Sequence record: NC_048196.1
DNA length: 64,000 bases
Source of the DNA: Escherichia phage vB_EcoM_Schickermooser
Reading direction: 5' to 3' (one strand)
The notes under the pieces are model-generated. The model had not been told where the DNA came from. It was given only the letters and a program-made list of their open reading frames with translations, and did not search any database. This document shows, piece after piece, positions 1-9,842 of the stretch (positions are counted from its first letter, which is position 1; each line of letters starts with the position of its first letter). The position numbers and the translations under genes were made by a program.

Positions 1-1088
1 ACTTTTCTGGAAAAGCTACGGAAGAGTCACTAGGTGCTCATATTGCTTACACTTTTGATTTTCAAGGTGGAGCGGCATCTGGTTATAATACCCCCCTTTT
101 ATTTAAGTCAGACGGATCTCCAGACATAACTTTTGAAAAGTTAGAAGCTCTCACTAAAATGGGAGAAGATGTTACAGAGTTACGTAAAAGCTATATTCAA
201 CAAGTGATGGATCGCATTTCTGAAAAAGTGCGTGAAAAATTTGAAGCTGGTTGGGATTGGGTTTACGTTATTGATGCTGACTTCGATGCGAACGTTGCAA
301 TTTTCTGTTCAGATAACGGTATGTTCTCTGTTGGCTTTAAAGTTGACGGACTGAATGTTGAAGTTGAAGAGGTTGCTAAACCTGTTGTTCGTGTTACTGA
401 TTATCAAGTTGTTGATGGTGATGTAATGATCTCCATTGATTTCTTTGAGGACGTTTTAGACGATGCTTTGAGTAATCTCGTTAAGAGTTCCTTGAAACAA
501 AGTCAAGTTAAAGATTATTTAGTGAAAGCTCACGCTAAAGCTAATACAAACTCTGTGGATGCAGAGGCTAACCCCGCAGGTGATAAATCTGCAAACACAA
601 CTGGAATCAATAAAGGAGAAACCCCTTTGGAAAATATCAACAAAGAAGAATTCCTGAAATCTGCTGAATTCCAAGAACTGATGAAAGCACAGATCGCTGA
701 AGCTGTAGAAAAAGCAGCCGCAGATGCACGTGCAGCCGCAGAACTTGAAGCACAGGAAAAAATCGCTAAGGCAGAACAGGAAGCAGAAGAACTTCGTAAA
801 GCTGAACAAGCTCGTATCGAAGAAGAATATACAACTGTTGTTAAATCCTATTCTTTCGTAGAAGAAGACAAAGTTGAAGCTCTCGTTAAATATCTGGTAG
901 ACAATAAAGATATCGCTGAAACTATCGTCAAAGCATTCGAAAAAGCACGTGCAGAAGTGGACGCAGTTAAGAAAGAATTTGGAGCAGAACGTGGTGTTGA
1001 TGTGATCAATACTCAACCTGTAGCTAAATCTTCTTCTGAACTGATTAGTCAGAAAGCTGCTGAACTTAAAAAAGCCCAGAAACAATAA
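1..1088 (+). CDS. prohead protease/scaffolding protein, C-terminal part (5' end outside window); possible internal in-frame scaffold start at 159
   Basis: Frame 3 is open from nt 3 with no stop before the ATG at 159 and there is no good RBS at 159; A/E/K-rich coiled-coil C-terminus typical of scaffolds; lies directly upstream of decoration and capsid genes (lambda C/Nu3-D-E order). Confidence 0.5.
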   Translation, partial: FSGKATEESLGAHIAYTFDFQGGAASGYNTPLLFKSDGSPDITFEKLEALTKMGEDVTELRKSYIQQVMDRISEKVREKFEAGWDWVYVIDADFDANVAIFCSDNGMFSVGFKVDGLNVEVEEVAKPVVRVTDYQVVDGDVMISIDFFEDVLDDALSNLVKSSLKQSQVKDYLVKAHAKANTNSVDAEANPAGDKSANTTGINKGETPLENINKEEFLKSAEFQELMKAQIAEAVEKAAADARAAAELEAQEKIAKAEQEAEELRKAEQARIEEEYTTVVKSYSFVEEDKVEALVKYLVDNKDIAETIVKAFEKARAEVDAVKKEFGAERGVDVINTQPVAKSSSELISQKAAELKKAQKQ

Positions 1089-1107
1089 TCTTAGGAGATT
1101 AAATTAA

Positions 1108-1506
1108 ATGGCTAAAGGAATTACTTTATCTAACTCTCGCCAGGAATTCGGACACCTGGTTCTGGGTGGAGTGTTTAGCTCTGACCTTGGACACTGTGTA
1201 CGTGAAGTTAACCTGGTTAAAACAGCAACCATGAAAATTGGTTCTATCCTGAAAGCTGACAACACTGAAGCTGCTAAAGCTGAAGCTGCCGATGCTGCTA
1301 AAGTTCTGATTTGGACTGATGCTCTGTTCGGTATTGATGATGTAGCAGTAGGTGACACTTTCACCGCAGTTGTTGGCGTACGTGATCTTACTCTGAACCG
1401 CTTTGCAGTATACTACAAAGATGGCTCCCTGGTAGATGACGCTGGCGTAGCAGCACTGGAAACACATGATCTGAAACTGACCGAAAAAGTCGTTTTCACT
1501 TCTTAA
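1108..1506 (+). CDS. head decoration protein (gpD-like, by position and size)
   Basis: 132 aa ORF with AGGAGA RBS between scaffold and major capsid gene; call rests on synteny, not on a verified motif. Confidence 0.45.
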   Translation: MAKGITLSNSRQEFGHLVLGGVFSSDLGHCVREVNLVKTATMKIGSILKADNTEAAKAEAADAAKVLIWTDALFGIDDVAVGDTFTAVVGVRDLTLNRFAVYYKDGSLVDDAGVAALETHDLKLTEKVVFTS

Positions 1507-1527
1507 TTTTAATAGGAGATTAATATA

Positions 1528-2529
1528 ATGCCAGCAGTAATTTTAGATCAGGTTGTAGATTTCAGCCCTATGATCGAACTTCAGGATTCCCCTGATACAC
1601 TGATTGCCAGCCTGAATCTGTTCAGTGTTGACTATCATTCAACTACCGCTATTGAAATCGGTAAAGAAAAAGCTGAAGATGCTCTGATCTCCGCTCGTGA
1701 GCGTGGTGGTGAGCGTAACTTCCTGACCATGAAAAATCCAGAACTGAAAGCGTTCCGCATTCCGTTCTTCCCTCTGGATAAAAACATCAAAGCTCAAGAT
1801 ATTCAATCTTTCCGTAGCTTTGCAATGGCAGGAATCAATGACTCTCTGCGCACAGACGCTGAAGTTGTTAACCGTTATATGTCCCAGATTCTGCGTGACG
1901 TAGCAAAAACCAAAGAGAAAATCTTTGCAGAAGCAGTTATGGGTCGTGCCTATAACGGCGTAGGTGGTGCAGCTAACTCTGCATACAACTGGTATACCGA
2001 GTGGAATGCTACCCAGAAATCTGTTGCTGTAGACTTTGCTTCTACCACTGTTTCTCCAGCAGCCACTATCGAACAAGAAGCTCGTGCTTACATCATCGAT
2101 ACTAAACAAGATGGCTCTACCGCTACCCGTATCGTAGCTCTGTGTTCTCGTGAATTTTTCGCATCTCTGGTTAACTCTCCATTTGTTCGCCAGGCGTATC
2201 AGTATTTCCAGGGAACTCCTAACCTTCTGCGTGACCGCCTTAGCGGTAACATGGATGTTCAGGTGTTCGAATGGAACGGTGTAACTTACATTGAAGATAT
2301 CCACGGTAACATCCCTGCTGGTGAAGCATATGTTCTGCCTATGGGTATCGAAGGTATGTTCCAGGCGCACTACGCTCCTGCGGATACTCCAGAACTGGCT
2401 AACACCCAGGCTCGTGAACTGTATACCTTCATGATCAGCCAGCACCGCACTATTCAGCTTCAGTCTGAATTCTCGCTGCTCGCAGTTAACACCCGTCCAG
2501 AACTGGTAGTTAAACTGACTACGGCTTAA
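1528..2529 (+). CDS. major capsid protein (lambda gpE-like class)
   Basis: 333 aa, strong RBS (AGGAGA), followed by strong terminator; position after scaffold/decoration genes. Confidence 0.65.
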   Translation: MPAVILDQVVDFSPMIELQDSPDTLIASLNLFSVDYHSTTAIEIGKEKAEDALISARERGGERNFLTMKNPELKAFRIPFFPLDKNIKAQDIQSFRSFAMAGINDSLRTDAEVVNRYMSQILRDVAKTKEKIFAEAVMGRAYNGVGGAANSAYNWYTEWNATQKSVAVDFASTTVSPAATIEQEARAYIIDTKQDGSTATRIVALCSREFFASLVNSPFVRQAYQYFQGTPNLLRDRLSGNMDVQVFEWNGVTYIEDIHGNIPAGEAYVLPMGIEGMFQAHYAPADTPELANTQARELYTFMISQHRTIQLQSEFSLLAVNTRPELVVKLTTA

Positions 2530-2549
2530 CAGAACTCTGCTAATATTAG

Positions 2550-2583
2550 AGGCTCGTCCGTGATGGGCGAGCCTTTTCTGTTT
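2550..2583 (+). terminator. rho-independent terminator after capsid gene
   Basis: 10-bp GC-rich stem (AGGCTCGTCC / GGGCGAGCCT) with 5-nt loop followed by TTTTCTGTTT. Confidence 0.7.
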
Positions 2584-2613
2584 ACAATAAGAGTTTACAA
2601 TGAGGAGATTGAT

Positions 2614-2958
2614 ATGTCAAACCCAGAATTGAAACGTTACTTTAGTTATCACGAAATGATTCGTGATTTCGAATCGCTTTCACCACTGATTGATGCTGAT
2701 AAAACATTAGTATCTGCGCCACCAATGTCTTTCTATCTGAAAGATGGTCGTATTGCATTAGGTGGAAACTTCATTCACTTCCTCACGCGTTTGAGAGAAG
2801 AAACAGGTATTCTTGTGCATCCTTTTGCAAGTGAAGAACACATGGGTTACTATCTTGTAAGTTACGAAGACTATGCACCTGTAAAAATCAAAGAAGAAGT
2901 TTTAAAAGTAGAAGCGGTAGACACTCCAGCTAAAAAACGTTCCCTTCGTAAAAAATAA
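2614..2958 (+). CDS. hypothetical protein (head/neck module)
   Basis: ORF-track start 2560 lies inside the terminator hairpin; ATG at 2614 has GAGGAG RBS. Confidence 0.4.
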   Translation: MSNPELKRYFSYHEMIRDFESLSPLIDADKTLVSAPPMSFYLKDGRIALGGNFIHFLTRLREETGILVHPFASEEHMGYYLVSYEDYAPVKIKEEVLKVEAVDTPAKKRSLRKK

Positions 2959-2967
2959 GGTGGGCTT

Positions 2968-3516
2968 ATGCTGAATGCGGTAGAGTTGGCACCACTGATC
3001 CGAATTCTTGTTTATAACCCTTCTCAAGAAGTATTGCCAGATGCAATGCTGATTCAGATCGTCCAAACTTGGATTGATATTATAGGGAATGAAGATAAGG
3101 ATAAGTGTGCAGTATTGTGGAACAGCTTGATTTCTGTTTTAGAGTATTTATGGAACAACGATGTTCTTAATAACAATACTCAAACAGGAGGAGCTATGTC
3201 CCGCAGAGAAAAGATGGGTGAAGTCGAAGTTGAAGTTAAATTTAACAACGGTCAAGTAACTTATAAGTCTCCGTGGGAAGATATCTATCATAACTATTTA
3301 AATGGTCTTATGGTGATCCCTGGGTGCACGGCAGGACGAGGAGCAACCAGTAAAGTTCTTATTGGTGGTGTTGATGCTCGTGAGATTGATCGAGTAAACA
3401 GTGATCCTAACTCTGTAAATGGTCTTGGTAATGTTGCAAGTGTTGATCGTAATACACGCAACGTTAATTATTTGCGAAATTACGGACCTGTTTCTTTTTA
3501 TCGTAGGGACAAATAA
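2968..3516 (+). CDS. hypothetical structural protein (head completion/neck candidate)
   Basis: 182 aa ORF in capsid-to-sheath gene block. Confidence 0.4.
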   Translation: MLNAVELAPLIRILVYNPSQEVLPDAMLIQIVQTWIDIIGNEDKDKCAVLWNSLISVLEYLWNNDVLNNNTQTGGAMSRREKMGEVEVEVKFNNGQVTYKSPWEDIYHNYLNGLMVIPGCTAGRGATSKVLIGGVDAREIDRVNSDPNSVNGLGNVASVDRNTRNVNYLRNYGPVSFYRRDK

Positions 3517-4004
3517 TGGAAAGTGAGATCTTACCAGGTGACGATACAGATTGGGAAACCATTATCAAAAAGATGATGGACCTTGAACAAGTTCAAATCG
3601 AAGCTGGTTTTTTAACAAACAAAAGGCATCCTGAATCAGATCTCACTATTCCTGCAATAGCAGCTATTCAACAATATGGTAATGAAACAAACAACATACC
3701 TGCTCGCCCTTTTATAACAGATGGTGCTGTTATCTCACAGAACAATATCGCTAAAAAGATGAAGCAGGTGTTTGCAAATTACCTAATGAATAATGTCGGG
3801 TTAGCTGTTTTTGAGCCTATAGCGAGAGCCTCTAGAGAAGGAATAGCTCAAGCGATTGCAATGCAACGTTATCGTCCTTTATCTCCTGTGACAATTAAGA
3901 TACGACAAGATAAAGGCAACTATTCTAATCATATCTTAATAGATACGGCACACATGATAAATGCAATCGAAACAAAAATCACAAAAAGCAAGTCTAAAAA
4001 ATAA
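3516..4004 (+). CDS. hypothetical structural protein (neck/tail completion candidate)
   Basis: 162 aa; ATG overlaps stop of upstream gene (TAATG). Confidence 0.4.
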   Translation: MESEILPGDDTDWETIIKKMMDLEQVQIEAGFLTNKRHPESDLTIPAIAAIQQYGNETNNIPARPFITDGAVISQNNIAKKMKQVFANYLMNNVGLAVFEPIARASREGIAQAIAMQRYRPLSPVTIKIRQDKGNYSNHILIDTAHMINAIETKITKSKSKK

Positions 4005-4049
4005 CTTGCATAAACTTTGTTTTTGATGTATACTAAAAAGGAGATACAA

Positions 4050-4466
4050 GTGTTACTAGATCAATTTACTCTCCTTGATCTAACTGAATACCAAGGTCGT
4101 AGACGAGTCTACAAAGAGGCAGTTGGTTCAGTTATTGCTAACTTAGAAAGTAGTGTAGAGTATGAACCATTTACTATCGAAGCAGCAAGCTTACAACCGA
4201 TATCTGGTAAAACACTGAATGCACTACCTGAAGGTTACAGATCTAAGGCTCAATATAGTTTCTGGACTAAAACAGAAATGAAGGGGTTACAACAAGGAAC
4301 AGAACAGTTATCAGATCAGATATTGATAGATGGTAAATGGTATTCTGTTTATTCCCTTAAAGATTGGACCAGAACATCTTTCTTAGTCCATCATCACTGT
4401 GTTGCAATATTAGACGATCAAAACAACTCCTGGTCTTATGGAACAGAAGGAGGAAACTTTGGCTAA
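4050..4466 (+). CDS. hypothetical structural protein
   Basis: GTG at 4050 preceded by AAGGAGA RBS; ORF-track start 4017 lacks RBS. Confidence 0.4.
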   Translation: MLLDQFTLLDLTEYQGRRRVYKEAVGSVIANLESSVEYEPFTIEAASLQPISGKTLNALPEGYRSKAQYSFWTKTEMKGLQQGTEQLSDQILIDGKWYSVYSLKDWTRTSFLVHHHCVAILDDQNNSWSYGTEGGNFG

Positions 4467-5097
4467 TATTTACCAACAAATAGAAGCATACGAAAATGCC
4501 ATCTACTTAAATATAGGTGGCTTCCTTCAAGAATTAGTGGGGTTGCCAGTCTATGTTATGGATAAGCCATTCATTAAACCGGATACTCCTTACCTAGCAC
4601 TACGTATTATCACTTCCAGCGATTCTGGAGGTTGGTCTTACCGAAGTTCTATTCAAAATGATATGTATTCCTACGAGATGGATAATACCTACGAGATTGA
4701 ACTTGTAGCCTATCGTGGAAGACCTACCACTTTGATGAGCTATGTTCTGGCTGCTCTCCGTGGTGCAGAGGAATTAAAATACAAACATCTCTATTCTAAA
4801 GGTCTTGGTTTTTTAGGAGCCTCTAATATAGCTCAAGCCAATACAATTGTAGACGGAGATAAGACTGAATTAAGAGCGCGTATGGTTATGACGTTCAACA
4901 CTCGCATGAGTATTGAAGATATTGCTACTACACCAATAGAAGCAATCAACATGCACATCCGTTCATTCAGAGATAGTTACAATGATCCTATCCCTTTAGA
5001 TTTAATTCTAAACAGGGTTTATGCAATTACTTTGGTTCCAGGCGAATACTCGTCAGTTAATCAAAATGGATCATTATTTAACAACCCTACCGAATAA
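4438..5097 (+). CDS. hypothetical structural protein (tail terminator/neck candidate)
   Basis: 219 aa ORF immediately upstream of sheath gene. Confidence 0.4.
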   Translation: MEQKEETLANIYQQIEAYENAIYLNIGGFLQELVGLPVYVMDKPFIKPDTPYLALRIITSSDSGGWSYRSSIQNDMYSYEMDNTYEIELVAYRGRPTTLMSYVLAALRGAEELKYKHLYSKGLGFLGASNIAQANTIVDGDKTELRARMVMTFNTRMSIEDIATTPIEAINMHIRSFRDSYNDPIPLDLILNRVYAITLVPGEYSSVNQNGSLFNNPTE

Positions 5098-5131
5098 ACT
5101 CATTGGAATTAAGTTTCTAACAGGAGCATAA

Positions 5132-6505
5132 ATGGCAACTTTTCGTGAAAAGGTAGCAACCGTAACTTTACTGTATGGTGCTACATCAATTCGTGAAACC
5201 CAGTTCGATATTCCCCTGATCCTTACAGGTCAGAACGTAACTGGCGAAGCGATTCAATATTACTCTTCTTCCGATGCACTTTTGGAAGCAGGTTATGGAT
5301 TAAATGATCCAGCGTATATTATGGCAGTCAAACTGTTTAACGGTTTGTTCCCACCAGATCAAGTTATGGTTGGTAAGCGTGAAGTTACAAACTTTACTCT
5401 AACTCCAATCGTAGAAGATAGTGCAACTTACACAATTACCATCAAAAATGGTACCAAGAAAAAAGAATTTAAATTCATTGCTGATGACACTGCAACTGCA
5501 CAAGAGATTGTAGTTGGTCTGACTGAAATGATCAATGCAGATCTTGTTTATGGCCCACTGTTTACAGTAGCTAACAACGGCGCTGCAATGACTTTCACTC
5601 CAGTAGAAGGTAAGTTTGGTTCTATTGACAGCACAGGTTTCACTCAAGAAACTGTCTATGCTAATGCTATTACGGAAGATATTGCTGCTCTGCATGATAT
5701 TGATAGTAGCTGGTTCTGGACCCTTTCAGATTCCCATGAAACAGAAGATATTCTAGCTTTGGCTGCATGGGTAGAAGAGAATGATAAAGTTTACTTCTTC
5801 TCTAGTTCTGAACCTGGAATTAAAACGAAAGCAGAAGATAACGTTCTGGAACGACTGAATGATCTCGGTTATAATAACACTTGCTTTGCATTGTGGATGA
5901 CCGATGCAGATTCTGTATTCCCAGAAGCAGCAGTTGTTGGTGCTATCTGTTCTCGTCAACCTGGTTTAACTACCCTTCACGGTAAAACACTGGTAGGTGT
6001 AGAGATCGAGAAACTGGATCAGACTTCGGAAAACAATATTGTTCAACAGAACGGTAACATCTATCGTAAAGAGCATGGAACTCTGTTCTATCGTGATGGA
6101 TTGATGGTTAGCGGTTTCTTTGTTGACTATGTTGTTCATGCTTTGTGGTTTAAAGCTCGCACAGAAGAATCACTGTTTACACTGTTTAAACAACAGTCTA
6201 TGCTGGGTGGTGGTGTTCGTGCTACTTCAAACGGTCTAGCTTTGATTCGACAAGCTGTTCTGGCTAACCCGATCCAAGTAGGTATCCTCAACGGTTCCAT
6301 CGCTAATGAAGTTGTTACTTCTGAAGAGACTGGTTTGCGTGTCGATCTGAAACCTATTGTTTATATTCCTTCTCGTGCCGATATGACCGATGCGCAAATC
6401 AATGCTCGTCTGGTTGATGGGATGAAGATTGAATATGTTTACGCTGGCTTCTTCCATTACGTTAAAGTTCAGGTCAACGTCCTGACTAACCGTACTGCAA
6501 ACTAA
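5132..6505 (+). CDS. tail sheath protein
   Basis: 457 aa, strong RBS, followed by ~160 aa tube gene, chaperone pair and tape measure (canonical contractile-tail order). Confidence 0.7.
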   Translation: MATFREKVATVTLLYGATSIRETQFDIPLILTGQNVTGEAIQYYSSSDALLEAGYGLNDPAYIMAVKLFNGLFPPDQVMVGKREVTNFTLTPIVEDSATYTITIKNGTKKKEFKFIADDTATAQEIVVGLTEMINADLVYGPLFTVANNGAAMTFTPVEGKFGSIDSTGFTQETVYANAITEDIAALHDIDSSWFWTLSDSHETEDILALAAWVEENDKVYFFSSSEPGIKTKAEDNVLERLNDLGYNNTCFALWMTDADSVFPEAAVVGAICSRQPGLTTLHGKTLVGVEIEKLDQTSENNIVQQNGNIYRKEHGTLFYRDGLMVSGFFVDYVVHALWFKARTEESLFTLFKQQSMLGGGVRATSNGLALIRQAVLANPIQVGILNGSIANEVVTSEETGLRVDLKPIVYIPSRADMTDAQINARLVDGMKIEYVYAGFFHYVKVQVNVLTNRTAN

Positions 6506-6506
6506 T

Positions 6507-6535
6507 ACGGCGGGGGTTAAGCCCCCGTTATCAAA
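6507..6535 (+). terminator. hairpin between sheath and tube genes (weak terminator/attenuator)
   Basis: CGGGGG-TTAA-CCCCCG stem-loop; only a short T tract after it. Confidence 0.45.
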
Positions 6536-6551
6536 ATAAAGAGGATCTATA

Positions 6552-7031
6552 ATGGATAAAATGCTTACTGGCGTAATGGCCTACGACCCATCTCAAGTTA
6601 TCCTTTCATTAGGTGGTTGGGAACCGTGGGGTTTTGCGGCTGATACTAAAATCGTTATTGCTAAATCTAACGATATTATCAACCCTTATTCAGGGACTGA
6701 TGGGGACGTTTCATTAGCTTTGAGTCGTAACCGTTTGGGAACACTCACAATGTCTTTGCAACGCACATCTCCAGCTAACGAAGTACTTGCAACATATGCA
6801 CAAACAATGTATTCTACTCGTCAAGTAGCATTCAGTGTTTACTTGGAAGACCCACGTGGCTATTACATTAGCACGATTGGATGGATTCAAAGTCAGCCTG
6901 AAGATACTATTGGCGAAATGATTACAGAGAACCAATGGGTTATTGGTCTTAAAGATGCAAGCCTTCTGCGTAATGAAGTTGGTGTAGGTTTGAGCACCCT
7001 TAACTCAATCTCTGCTCTGACAATTCAATAA
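6552..7031 (+). CDS. tail tube protein
   Basis: 159 aa ORF directly after sheath gene. Confidence 0.6.
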   Translation: MDKMLTGVMAYDPSQVILSLGGWEPWGFAADTKIVIAKSNDIINPYSGTDGDVSLALSRNRLGTLTMSLQRTSPANEVLATYAQTMYSTRQVAFSVYLEDPRGYYISTIGWIQSQPEDTIGEMITENQWVIGLKDASLLRNEVGVGLSTLNSISALTIQ

Positions 7032-7036
7032 TAAAT

Positions 7037-7060
7037 AAAGGGCAGAAATGCCCTTTTTTA
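7037..7060 (+). terminator. rho-independent terminator after tube gene
   Basis: AAAGGGCA-GAAA-TGCCCTTT followed by TTTTTTA. Confidence 0.7.
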
Positions 7061-7077
7061 TCATTAGAGAGGAAAAT

Positions 7078-7560
7078 ATGTCACAAGAACAAGATAACAC
7101 AATTCAAAAATATGCTCGACCAGAAGAAGTAGTTGAGATTCCGTTAGATGGAAACAGATCTGTTACTTTCCGTATTATGAAGTGGAGTCCATCTAAAGTG
7201 TTTGACAGGATTCCAGAATTAGGTAGTGTTCTGGTTGTTCCTATGACTATGTATAGCACAGCAACAATGTCCGCAGACGAAGACCTTGAGTCACGTATTG
7301 CTATGGCACTGATCCAACTTTTTGCAGGTTTGGAAGAAAAGAATTTAACTGTCTTTTTGCGTAAAATTTTAGATGAGGTTTATACCCAAGACGGTTATAA
7401 CGTTGCAGAAAATTTTGATGAATTATTTATGGCTCACCCAGAACTAGTGTTAGATCTTACTGCTAAAGTTCTGGAGGTAAACTACGGCCCTTTTTTCAAA
7501 CGAGGTTTCGGAAAACTGTTCACACAGCTTCAGGCGATGACGAGTTTAGCAGCAAATTAA
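7078..7560 (+). CDS. tail assembly chaperone (G-like)
   Basis: ATG at 7078 with GAGAGG RBS (track start 7048 is inside terminator); located between tube and tape measure; contains slippery heptamer. Confidence 0.55.
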   Translation: MSQEQDNTIQKYARPEEVVEIPLDGNRSVTFRIMKWSPSKVFDRIPELGSVLVVPMTMYSTATMSADEDLESRIAMALIQLFAGLEEKNLTVFLRKILDEVYTQDGYNVAENFDELFMAHPELVLDLTAKVLEVNYGPFFKRGFGKLFTQLQAMTSLAAN

Positions 7561-7826
7561 CACCTGCGATTGAACATGCTATCGACACAGCAACGAAAAC
7601 CCTTACTTTGAAGTGGTATGAGGTTATTCTTTGCAAAGTCGTTAAAGATACCTCGGAAACACTGAAAACATTGGATAACTACGGTGTAGATTATCTTTTA
7701 AAACTATATGAGTATTTAACATACGAAGAGTATGTTGAAGCCATGTATGTTAAAGACACTTCAATAAAGAGAAAACATCAAAACCAGACAAATAAAATGT
7801 CAGATTTGTTTAAGAAACTTGTTTAA
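7467..7826 (+). CDS. -1 frame extension of tail assembly chaperone (GT-like fusion C-terminus)
   Basis: ORF in the -1 frame relative to 7078..7560, overlapping its 3' end and ending just before the tape measure gene; no independent ATG/RBS (track start 7608 is TTG). Confidence 0.5.
   Translation, partial: SSGGKLRPFFQTRFRKTVHTASGDDEFSSKLTPAIEHAIDTATKTLTLKWYEVILCKVVKDTSETLKTLDNYGVDYLLKLYEYLTYEEYVEAMYVKDTSIKRKHQNQTNKMSDLFKKLV
7491..7497 (+). other. candidate -1 programmed ribosomal frameshift site (TTTTTTC)
   Basis: X XXY YYZ heptamer T TTT TTC in the zero frame of the chaperone ORF; the -1 frame is open from 7467 to 7826. Confidence 0.5.
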
Positions 7827-7846
7827 TCCAACACGAGGAACATACT

Positions 7847-9835
7847 TTGTTAGAAATTAACGCCTCCAGAATTAGTAACGTGGTTACGTTTAAGGTGGAC
7901 AAGAACAGTCTCAAGGAAGCAAAAGATGCCGTGTTGAGTGTTCAGAAGTTTGCAAATAAAATGCAACCCACTATGAACATGACCAAGTTTAGACAACAAA
8001 TGAAAGAGATTGAGCGTGAACTTAAGAAAGCTCAAACTCAAAGTCAAAAACCTATGCGAGCACCTACTCCCGCCGGAGCGGGTGCTCCTGTAGGAGGATC
8101 TGGTAGACCTAGAACTCCTAAAACCCCGCAAGGAAGAGAAGAAGAAAAAGCTCGTAAAGCTGCTGAACGCGAAGCTAAAGCAGCAGCACGTAGGGAAGAT
8201 TTAGGTAATCTTCGTTTGCAGAACTTTAACTACAGAGCAAGAGCATTTAGTAAAGCCAGTCCTGGCGCTATGCAAGAAGCTAGGGACGTTATGGGTAAAG
8301 CTGTAGAGCAATACAAAAAGGGTGAAATAACTCTTCAACGTATGAACCAAGCTCTTGCTCACCAGTTGGATGCTTTACGCAGATCTCATCGTGAAAAGAA
8401 TGCTGAAATAGAAGACGAGGTTCGCGGTCGTCGCCGTATTCGTAGAGAGCTAGAAGCAGAAGCTAAAATGCGTATACGTATGCGAAATCGTGAACTTAGA
8501 GATATAGAACGCAACCGTAAGCGTGAATTAGCTCAACAGAAACGTGATCGTGATCGTAGATACGGACAATTAAAAGAAGGTGCAGCAGGTCTTAATCCAC
8601 GCATGATTGCATCCTCTTTGATAGGTGCTGGGCTGTTTGCAGGTGGTTCTGTAGTTGGTAACACGTTGATGAATACTAACGAAAGAATTAAACTTGTAAG
8701 TCGTGGTGCTGAAAACGTTCAGACAAACGCCAACGCTATTTTGGCAATGACAGCTTGGGGTGAACAGAACGGTGTAGACTCTGCAAATATTATTAAATCA
8801 ATAGATAATATTAAAGACGTTCGTGAACGTCTTGGTAATACCGTTTTAGCTGCAAAGTGGAATGAGAAAGAAGGGAAGTGGAAAGGCGGTGATAATGGCA
8901 TAACTGACATTATGAACTTGTTTGGATGGAATCCAGAACAGCTTAAACCTTTACAGAACGATCCTTTAGCTTTTATTCAGGCTACTGTTAATGAAGGTGA
9001 GCGTCGAGGTATGAACTCTGCTCAAATCGGGCGACTTCTTGAAAACCTTGGTGATGACCTTATGCACTACCAACGTATGTTTAGTAAAAACGGCGAAGGG
9101 TATAATGAAGTATTGAAAATGCTTCAAAGAACAGGTGCAACATTAACTCAAGAACAAATAGATGCTTCTAAAGAGTTTACTCGTTTTGCTGCAACAGTTC
9201 AGCTTGTAGGTCAAGGTATGCAGAACCACTTCTTAGAGGGTTTTGTGAAAGCCTTACCTAAAGATGATTCTTGGTTGGATAACGTTAAAGTGCTAGATCA
9301 GTTTGCCAAAGATTTAGGTGAAGAACTCGGTAAGACAACAGTTCAATTAGGAGGTTTTGCTAAAGAATTAGGAGATGGCTTCGGATCTTTTACCAATTGG
9401 CTTAAAGAAACATTCCCAGATACATTCGGAGACAACACAGATCCTAATAAATCTATGGCACAAAAAGCATACGAGGCAACGCAAAGTGGAGACAGCAATC
9501 CTGTAGCAGATTGGTTGTACAATTTAACAGGTATTGATACACAAGACATTGGTCGTATGTGGAGAGGAGAACAAACAAGGACACGTGCTTTTGGATTTGG
9601 TAATCCTCTTGAAGATTTACGTGAATCAGCCTATACACCTAACGTAAGTTTGGCTCGTAATCAACCTGTTGTTGAGAATACGGTAGCAATACCAAGTGAT
9701 CTTATCAAAGTTACGATCAGCCCTTCTTCAGAGTTTGGAAATATTCTTGATGCAAGAATTCAAAATAGCGGAAATAGCATTTTCCAACGTTTGTCTCTTT
9801 CAACTCTAAGTGGACAATCTAACACTGGTGGTTAA
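7847..9835 (+). CDS. tail tape measure protein
   Basis: 662 aa, long charged helical regions (R/E/K-rich), position after chaperone pair; TTG start with GAGGAA RBS. Confidence 0.75.
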   Translation: MLEINASRISNVVTFKVDKNSLKEAKDAVLSVQKFANKMQPTMNMTKFRQQMKEIERELKKAQTQSQKPMRAPTPAGAGAPVGGSGRPRTPKTPQGREEEKARKAAEREAKAAARREDLGNLRLQNFNYRARAFSKASPGAMQEARDVMGKAVEQYKKGEITLQRMNQALAHQLDALRRSHREKNAEIEDEVRGRRRIRRELEAEAKMRIRMRNRELRDIERNRKRELAQQKRDRDRRYGQLKEGAAGLNPRMIASSLIGAGLFAGGSVVGNTLMNTNERIKLVSRGAENVQTNANAILAMTAWGEQNGVDSANIIKSIDNIKDVRERLGNTVLAAKWNEKEGKWKGGDNGITDIMNLFGWNPEQLKPLQNDPLAFIQATVNEGERRGMNSAQIGRLLENLGDDLMHYQRMFSKNGEGYNEVLKMLQRTGATLTQEQIDASKEFTRFAATVQLVGQGMQNHFLEGFVKALPKDDSWLDNVKVLDQFAKDLGEELGKTTVQLGGFAKELGDGFGSFTNWLKETFPDTFGDNTDPNKSMAQKAYEATQSGDSNPVADWLYNLTGIDTQDIGRMWRGEQTRTRAFGFGNPLEDLRESAYTPNVSLARNQPVVENTVAIPSDLIKVTISPSSEFGNILDARIQNSGNSIFQRLSLSTLSGQSNTGG

Positions 9836-9842
9836 TAAAATA

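Noticed and set aside
519-1085. 188-aa ORF on minus strand antisense to scaffold gene
   Set aside because: Low-complexity F/S/C-rich translation, no RBS, fully inside a well-supported plus-strand gene; an artifact of codon bias.
1639-2445. 268-aa minus-strand ORF antisense to major capsid gene
   Set aside because: Completely embedded in the capsid gene on the opposite strand; no start context.
2560-2613. ORF-track N-terminal extension (MMGEPFLF...) of gene 2614..2958
   Set aside because: The extension would be translated from inside the terminator hairpin; ATG 2614 has a proper RBS.
7048-7077. ORF-track start (MPFFII...) for tail chaperone
   Set aside because: Start codon lies within the terminator stem/U tract; ATG 7078 with GAGAGG RBS preferred.
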